Shown piece by piece: positions 25,984 through 32,000 of a stretch of DNA of 32,000 nt (position 1 is its first letter; each line of letters begins with the position of its first letter). Origin of the DNA: Bdellovibrionales bacterium (GTDB taxonomy: Bacteria > Bdellovibrionota > Bdellovibrionia > Bdellovibrionales > UBA1609); contig OZ252021.1 of assembly GCA_965247685.1 (NCBI GenBank), forward strand, positions 870,001-902,000. The letters run 5' to 3'. A model generated the notes under the pieces. That model was not told where the DNA came from, ran no database searches, and saw only the letters and a program-made list of their open reading frames with translations. The translations under genes were made by a program, and so were the position numbers.

Positions 25984-27605
25984 TGTAAAATCACTTCTTT
26001 AAAAATGTATCTTTCCATTGAGTTGAAGGGGTATTTTTTTATGCGAGGTGAAATTAGAAAATGTCTGGAGCTTTGCCAGAAGGGAATGATAGGAGCATCC
26101 TTCAGAAGAACTCTTTGAGCTTGATTCAATATGGACTGTCTTTCTGGAGTATTTTTTAAAACGGAAGCTTTTAAAACTAAACGATCGTATTCGGAATTCT
26201 TCCAGCCTGTGTAATTGTTATCAGAATAAGATAAAAGAAGATTCATGTAAGTCATCGGATCAGGGTAATCAGGCACCCATCCCATTCGGTAAATGTAAAT
26301 TGCATTTTTCGGGTTTTCCTGAGATGCTTTATCTAAATTTTGAAGACGATTTAAGTAAGTTTTCCATTCTTCGTTTCGAACCTCTACATTTAAAGAAATA
26401 TTTTTTTTCAACTGTGCTTGAATATTTTCAGCAATTCTTTTGTGATCTTCAAAGGTGTTAAAAAATATAGATAATCTGGGTAAAGATTGAATCCCTCCTA
26501 TTTCTCTAATTAGTTGTTGAGCTTTTTTTGGATTAAAAGGAAGACCTAAAGAAGGATTGTACCCAAAAATAGAACTAGGAATCAAAGTGTTCAGAGGTTT
26601 TTCACCAGGAAGCAGTTTTGTAAACTCTTTTCGATCAATAGCCATACTTAAAGCATGGCGAAATTTGACATTCTTCATGGGAGAAATACGCGTATTTAAT
26701 CCATAGTAGTATATTATAGGTGTTGAAAAAGTGTGATAGTTGGATCGTTTCTTTAAAACAGGTATCATCTTCGAAGGCAGTGTATAGAGTATATCTAATC
26801 TTCCTGTTTCAAATAGATTAAGATTTGTGGAAAGCTCTGGGATGATGCGAATGCTGACATTTTCTACATTACCTGTAAAAGTATCGTGGTAAGAAGGGTT
26901 TTTTTTCAGTATAACAAGTTTATCATGTTTCCACATGTCCAGAAGATAAGGTCCAAGTGTTACAATGTTTTCTGGTTCTGTCCATTTTGGACCGTAGTTT
27001 TGAATCACATCTTTTCGGATAGGATAAGTTGTCGAATGCGTGAGGGTAAGAGGGAAAAAATATTTTGAACCTGTCAGTTCCACTTTGAGCTTTCCATTGC
27101 TAGTGATGCTCACTCCAACTTTGGAGAAATTTTTTATTTCGCCCCCATTATATTCCTTAGCATTTTTAATATGGTATAAAAAATAAGCGTAAGGGGATGC
27201 AGTTTTTGGATTGAGAACTCTTTCCCAACTATCTAAAACATGTTGAGCTTGAAAAGGGACTCCATCGCTCCAATATGCATCTTCTCTTAAAGTAAAAATC
27301 CATGTTTGACCATTATTTTGAGATTGAACCTCTTTGGCCAAAGCAGGTTTGTAAGAAATAGAGTTTTGAGAGAAATCATAATCGACTAAACCATCCATAA
27401 TATTCGTGAGAATCATATTGGAAGTAGTGTCACTTGCTTTATTCCAGTCGAGCGTTGGAGGTTCACTTACAGCATAAAAGAATAAGGTTTTATCCTTTGG
27501 AAGCTGCTGCAAAGGGTTTTTCTTTTTTTCACATGAGACGGTTAAACTGAGTGTTATAAAAAATAGTATAACGGTGTAAATATTCAGTTTAAAAAGACGC
27601 ATCAT
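25980..27605 (-). CDS. ABC transporter substrate-binding lipoprotein, family 5 (peptide/oligopeptide)
   Basis: Lipobox LSLTVSCEKK. The length (541 aa) and motifs such as WSDG.PF.A.HV..SWERVLNP and ...MGWVPDYPDP.TYMNLL are typical of OppA/DppA-type SBPs. Confidence 0.88.
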   Translation of the reverse strand: MMRLFKLNIYTVILFFITLSLTVSCEKKKNPLQQLPKDKTLFFYAVSEPPTLDWNKASDTTSNMILTNIMDGLVDYDFSQNSISYKPALAKEVQSQNNGQTWIFTLREDAYWSDGVPFQAQHVLDSWERVLNPKTASPYAYFLYHIKNAKEYNGGEIKNFSKVGVSITSNGKLKVELTGSKYFFPLTLTHSTTYPIRKDVIQNYGPKWTEPENIVTLGPYLLDMWKHDKLVILKKNPSYHDTFTGNVENVSIRIIPELSTNLNLFETGRLDILYTLPSKMIPVLKKRSNYHTFSTPIIYYYGLNTRISPMKNVKFRHALSMAIDRKEFTKLLPGEKPLNTLIPSSIFGYNPSLGLPFNPKKAQQLIREIGGIQSLPRLSIFFNTFEDHKRIAENIQAQLKKNISLNVEVRNEEWKTYLNRLQNLDKASQENPKNAIYIYRMGWVPDYPDPMTYMNLLLSYSDNNYTGWKNSEYDRLVLKASVLKNTPERQSILNQAQRVLLKDAPIIPFWQSSRHFLISPRIKKYPFNSMERYIFKEVILQ

Positions 27606-27691
27606 AAAACCTACTCAATAATGTATTTTATATCTTATTGATCAAAGATTGAAAAGTAAAAACTATGTTTATCTAAGAATAGATGAGTGAT

Positions 27692-28771
27692 TTAAGCATT
27701 AAGTCGAAAGTGTAATACATCTCCATCTTGAACGATATAATTCTTACCCTCTAAACGGTAAAGTCCTTTGCTTTTGAGAGTGGCAAGAGAGCCGTATTCA
27801 AGGAGTTGTTGACAGTCATAAGTTTCAGCTCGAATAAAACTTTTTTCGAAATCAGAATGAATCACACCTCCAGCTTTTGGAGCCAGTGAGCCTTTTTTGA
27901 TAGTCCATCCTCTAGTCTCCTGTTCTCCTGCCGTGAAAAAAGTAATAAGATCTAAAAGAGTATAAGCTTTTTGAATCAATCGGTTTAAAGCGGGCTCTTC
28001 CATATTCAAAGATTTGAGGTATTCTTTTTTTTCTTCTGTGTTGAGTTCTGCAAGCTCGGACTCTAATTGACCTGAAAGTCTTAAAACATGAGATTCTCCA
28101 ACTTTATTTTTTACAGATTCGACATATTGATCTTGTTGAGAATTTATGGAGTCATTGACATTACAAATATAGAGAATCTCTTTGGCCGTCAGTAAATGCA
28201 GAGATTGAACAAAAGGTAATTCATGTTTTTCTACAGAAAAAAGGAGAGCGGATTGTCCGTCATTAATAAAAGTGATTAATCTTTTAAGAACTTCTAATTC
28301 TTTTTGCATTTCTTTGTTGGATTTAGAGGGTTTTTCGATTTTGTTTATTCGATTTTGAACAGTCTCTATGTCTGAGAGAAGTAATTCAGATTCTACAATT
28401 TCAATATCTCGACAAGGATCGACATTAGAATAAACATGCCCGATATTCTTATCTTCAAAGCAACGTACAACATGAAGCAAAGCTTGGCTTTCTCGAATAT
28501 GAGAAAGAAATTTATATCCAAGCCCCTCTCCTTTATGAGCTCCTTTGATAAGACCTGCAATATCCACAAACTCAACAAAAGGATAAATTGTTTTTTTAGA
28601 TTTAAAAATTTGGGCTAATTTTTCAAGCCGTGAATCTGGTACTGTGACCACGCCCATATTGGGTTCAATAGTGCAGAAGGGGTAATTTTCTACATCCACT
28701 TTTTGAGCAGTGAGAGCTTTGAATAATGTGCTTTTTCCAGCATTGGGCAGTCCAACAATACCACACTTCAT
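27692..28771 (-). CDS. ychF: redox-regulated ATPase YchF (Obg-family)
   Basis: MKCGIVGLPNAGKSTLFKALT P-loop, FCTIEPN, DIAGLIKGAHKGEGLG, and a C-terminal TGS-like ...IHSDFEKSFIRAE... Confidence 0.95.
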   Translation of the reverse strand: MKCGIVGLPNAGKSTLFKALTAQKVDVENYPFCTIEPNMGVVTVPDSRLEKLAQIFKSKKTIYPFVEFVDIAGLIKGAHKGEGLGYKFLSHIRESQALLHVVRCFEDKNIGHVYSNVDPCRDIEIVESELLLSDIETVQNRINKIEKPSKSNKEMQKELEVLKRLITFINDGQSALLFSVEKHELPFVQSLHLLTAKEILYICNVNDSINSQQDQYVESVKNKVGESHVLRLSGQLESELAELNTEEKKEYLKSLNMEEPALNRLIQKAYTLLDLITFFTAGEQETRGWTIKKGSLAPKAGGVIHSDFEKSFIRAETYDCQQLLEYGSLATLKSKGLYRLEGKNYIVQDGDVLHFRLNA

Positions 28772-29382
28772 AAGGGGTCACTTTCTTGCTTTTGATTGTA
28801 AATATTTCTAGCGTTCTCTCCGCCATGAAGAACAAAGTGTCTCATTGCTTCAATACTTTGAATCAGAAATTTTTCCAGTGAACTCCATTGTTCTTCCGTA
28901 AAGGGGGATAGAACATAGGTGTCTGTGGGAACTTTAGGAATAATCGGGTGAGAATTTTTATTTTGTAGTGTGGATGGACAGTGGGAGCGTCCAATTCCAA
29001 GTTTTAAACGAAAATAATCAGAATGGCCTAAGCAATCATGAATATTTTGAACTCCATTATGACCTCCAGCTCCCCGGCCTGTTTGAAACTTCATTCTTAA
29101 AAAATCTAAATCGATATCGTCATGAACTACGAGTAGATCTTCTATATTTATTTTATAATAAGACAGAATCTGCTGTATTGCTTTTCCTGAAAGATTCATT
29201 TGAGTTTGAGGTTTAGCCAGCAAGACTGCTTGATTTTTAATATTAATTTTTTGTACTAAAGATAAATTAGATTTTTTAAAATGAGAGTTTTCACAGAGCG
29301 CATCTACAGCCATGAACCCAATATTATGCCGAGTCAAGCTATATGAAGCCCCAACATTTCCTAGGCCTGCAATGAGTTTCAT
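28768..29382 (-). CDS. pth: peptidyl-tRNA hydrolase
   Basis: MKLIAGLGNVGASYSLTRHNIGF, ...VHDDIDL, GGHNG motifs. Confidence 0.93.
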   Translation of the reverse strand: MKLIAGLGNVGASYSLTRHNIGFMAVDALCENSHFKKSNLSLVQKINIKNQAVLLAKPQTQMNLSGKAIQQILSYYKINIEDLLVVHDDIDLDFLRMKFQTGRGAGGHNGVQNIHDCLGHSDYFRLKLGIGRSHCPSTLQNKNSHPIIPKVPTDTYVLSPFTEEQWSSLEKFLIQSIEAMRHFVLHGGENARNIYNQKQESDPL

Positions 29383-29385
29383 TAT

Positions 29386-30063
29386 CTACTCTTTGTTTTC
29401 CGATTCTTCTTTTTTAGGCTGCTCTATGGTTTTTTCATCAGAAGGCGTATCTGCTGCTTCTTCAGTAGTAGTTGGAGTGGTAGCTACAACTTCTTCATGA
29501 GATTCGATAACAGAACAAAGAGCTTCTTCGCTAGGAGTGATCAACTTGATGTTCGAAGGGATTTGAATATCGGAAACATGGTAACTTTCACTTAAGTTCA
29601 ACTCGGAGATATCAATGTCAAATGAATTTGGGATTTCATGCGGGAGACATTCAACTTCAATATTTCTTTTTAAAATTTGGAAGACTCCTCCAGATTCTTT
29701 AACCCCTATTGCTTTTCCTGTAAAGAGGACTTCTACAGTCACTTTTATTCTTTGAGACATATTTAAAACTAGGAAATCCATATGTATTGGTGCTCGTGTG
29801 AGACGATGAATGTCCACTGATTTTTTCAGAACTTTTAAACCATTAATTTTTTTATCTGTATTTTGCAAAGTAAAAATTTTATTATCAAACTGGCTATTTG
29901 CATATTTTTTTGCAATAATATCTTTCACACTTAAACAAAGGTTTTGAGTTTGATTTCCATAGACCACAATAGGCACCTGTCCCAAACGTTTTAACTTTCG
30001 GGAAGAATTTTTTGCAGGAGTTCTTTTTTCAACTTGTAGTTCGAGAGGCTGTTCGTTGCTCAT
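29386..30063 (-). CDS. rplY: 50S ribosomal protein L25 / general stress protein Ctc (long form)
   Basis: ...RKLKRLGQVPIVVYG..., HMDF and GVKESGGV motifs, an acidic C-terminal tail, and the conserved position between prs and pth. Confidence 0.88.
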   Translation of the reverse strand: MSNEQPLELQVEKRTPAKNSSRKLKRLGQVPIVVYGNQTQNLCLSVKDIIAKKYANSQFDNKIFTLQNTDKKINGLKVLKKSVDIHRLTRAPIHMDFLVLNMSQRIKVTVEVLFTGKAIGVKESGGVFQILKRNIEVECLPHEIPNSFDIDISELNLSESYHVSDIQIPSNIKLITPSEEALCSVIESHEEVVATTPTTTEEAADTPSDEKTIEQPKKEESENKE

Positions 30064-30080
30064 GTTTTATCCTTTGCTAA

Positions 30081-30983
30081 TCAATTTCTGTTTTTTATTT
30101 CCTGAGCCAGCCACGAAGATATATCGATTTGTTTGATCTTCTGGCACTCTTTGGCTTGTTTACTTAATATCGTACTGTTTGTCACCCAAATTTCACGAAG
30201 AGGACTTTTTTCTATGCGTTCAATAGCTGGTGGTGAGAAGAGTCCGTGAACAGCTACGACAAATATATCTTTTGCTCCATTTTTCACTAAATTGTCAACA
30301 GCTGTACACAAAGTTCCTGCCGTATCAATCATATCATCCACTAAAATAACATTTTGGTTATGAACGTCTCCTTTGAGCTCGATTGCTTGAGCTTCGTTTG
30401 GCCGAGCTCTTTCTTTCTTTATGGATGCTATCTTGGAGTCTCCGATAGATTGTGCAAAGTTTTTTGTTCTTTCTAAGCCTCCTTTGTCGGGGCTGACACA
30501 GACGACTTTTAGAGAGGGATGATGGGTTTTCCATTCCTGAGCGAGAGTATCTAAAGCAGAAAGAGATTGAACAGGAATATCAAAAAAATCTGAGATCACT
30601 TTAGAATGAGGATCAATCAGAATAACTTCGGAGGCTCCGGCTGTAGAGCAGAGTTGAGCCATGCAAGAGGCAGAAATAGGGGAGTGGGGCATTAATTTTC
30701 TATCTTGCCGACTATAACCCATATAAGTGAGAAGAACTGTCACTTTTTTTGTATGAGTGTGCTTTAAAGCATCGAGTAAAATAAAAAGTTCCATATAATG
30801 TTGATTCACAGGGGGACAGGTGCTTTGAATCACAAAGATATGTTGATTTTCAGTGTCTTCATGGATTTCTACACGACACTCTCCATCTGCGAATTGAGAG
30901 TGTAGATGTTTCAAAATAGGAATTTGAGACTGCTCGCTGATCTTTTGAAGAAGTAAAGAAGGTGTTCCTATAAGCCGTTTCAT
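30081..30983 (-). CDS. prs: ribose-phosphate pyrophosphokinase
   Basis: FADGECRVEI, IFVIQST, YMGYSRQDRK, and the PRPP-binding loop VILVDDMIDTAGTL. Confidence 0.93.
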   Translation of the reverse strand: MKRLIGTPSLLLQKISEQSQIPILKHLHSQFADGECRVEIHEDTENQHIFVIQSTCPPVNQHYMELFILLDALKHTHTKKVTVLLTYMGYSRQDRKLMPHSPISASCMAQLCSTAGASEVILIDPHSKVISDFFDIPVQSLSALDTLAQEWKTHHPSLKVVCVSPDKGGLERTKNFAQSIGDSKIASIKKERARPNEAQAIELKGDVHNQNVILVDDMIDTAGTLCTAVDNLVKNGAKDIFVVAVHGLFSPPAIERIEKSPLREIWVTNSTILSKQAKECQKIKQIDISSWLAQEIKNRN

Positions 30984-31591
30984 TATTTTTCCCTATCATA
31001 AAAATATTCGCAGAAATACACTACATGGAAGCTTTATATTTGACAATGAAAAAATCATATAGGTTATTTTGATGTTCTATATATAGTAAGAGGGGGGGTA
31101 TTTTTGGTTATTAAAAATTTTAGAGAGATTTTTATCTTAAGAAATTTGTTGATTTTTGATGTATTGGGAGTTCAAGCAAAAAAATTCACTCACTCAACTT
31201 TTTTTAAATATTTTGACTCTAAACTTTTTCCGACCAGATATGATCTACATAAAATTTATATCAGTTTTATGGAAATGTATCCATTTACTTCAGACTTTCA
31301 GGCATCACTCTTTATTTTCTGCAAAAAAATATAAAATTTAATTCATGACAACTTAAGAAAGTTTTTGATGATAATATATAAAGGAATTGTTCTAAGCTTG
31401 TTTTTAAGTTTTTCTACGAAGAATCCCTCTTTTTTATATTGATTTTTTGTTGGATAAAATAATTTTTTTTTTAAAAATGAAAAGGGTTGATTTTATATTG
31501 ACTCTGTTTTTATCAGATGTTCAGCAGCATCAAAAAATTCAATATTTTCAGTTGCAATCGTTCTTGATTTATGTCATTTGTTTTTTTCTGT

Positions 31592-32000
31592 ATGAGAAAA
31601 GATGGAAGAGAAGCTTCAGATTTGAGAAAAATTGAGATCGTTCCTCATTGTTTTTCCTATGCGGAAGGAAGTGCAGAGATTTCCTTAGGAAAAACGAAGG
31701 TTTTATGTGCGGCTTCTGTGGATGAATATCTACCTAAATGGAGGCAACATAGCGGACAAGGCTGGATCACAGCAGAGTACAATATGCTTCCTCGCTCTAC
31801 ATCCTCTCGTATCCGAAGGGAGAAAGCTATTTCTTCTGGTCGCTCCAAAGAAATTTCTCGCTTAATTGGTCGAAGCCTTCGAGCTTGTTGTGATCTAAGT
31901 TTGCTGGGAGAAAGACAAATTTTTATCGATTGTGATGTATTGCAAGCTGACGGAGGAACCCGAGTCGCTTCTATTACAGGCGGTTTTGTCGCCTTAGCTT
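31592..32000 (+). CDS. rph: ribonuclease PH, N-terminal part (3' end outside the window)
   Basis: Absent from the ORF track because the ORF runs off the window. From ATG 31592 it reads [43 protein letters not shown]...[21 protein letters not shown]...[53 protein letters not shown], which contains the classic RNase PH motifs. Confidence 0.92.
   Translation, partial: MRKDGREASDLRKIEIVPHCFSYAEGSAEISLGKTKVLCAASVDEYLPKWRQHSGQGWITAEYNMLPRSTSSRIRREKAISSGRSKEISRLIGRSLRACCDLSLLGERQIFIDCDVLQADGGTRVASITGGFVALA

Noticed and set aside
31104-31635. ORFs 31104-31334, 31156-31341 and 31447-31635 in the prs-rph spacer
   Set aside because: At least two use TTG starts (31104, 31447). They overlap one another and have a low-complexity F/L/I/K composition typical of AT-rich non-coding DNA. 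They have no SD. The last one runs into the real rph start in a different frame.
31657-31848. Minus-strand ORF of 63 aa
   Set aside because: It is antisense to the clearly recognisable RNase PH coding sequence.

Overview
AT-rich bacterial chromosomal window from a diderm-type organism (beta-barrel-like OMP, BamE-like lipoprotein, many lipoboxes); I cannot assign a taxon.

Layout, left to right:
- 3' end of sufD and a small lipoprotein gene.
- A stand-alone 16S rRNA gene (1405-2916) with a near-consensus promoter, a boxA-like element and a leader/trailer processing helix. The usual ITS-23S-5S is missing. Two lipoprotein genes follow, then an isolated tRNA-Ile(GAU) 1.66 kb downstream. No tRNA-Ala, 23S or 5S occurs in the remaining ~27 kb.
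- An operon of three orphan secreted proteins (5018-7978).
- The most unusual locus: three tandem, self-contained cassettes on the minus strand (about 8157-12545). Each encodes a signal-peptide protein built from tandem 35-residue repeats (5, 21 and 2 repeats; 270, 830 and 176 aa). Promoter and 3' hairpin are duplicated with the gene, and one column at the repeat junction is hypervariable. The third copy looks decayed.
- ogt-tpiA.
- A translationally coupled trio with a KamA-family radical-SAM aminomutase between two orphan exported proteins.
- A small beta-barrel-like OMP plus an 1806-aa lipoprotein carrying a single HExxH zinc-protease motif.
- A peptide-type ABC importer (lipoprotein SBP and two permeases, no ATPase genes).
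- The conserved prs-rplY(ctc)-pth-ychF cluster.
- A 608-bp non-coding gap, then the 5' part of rph.

The best candidate for something undescribed is the secreted 35-aa-repeat family. All functional calls come from reading motifs by eye; no database search was possible.
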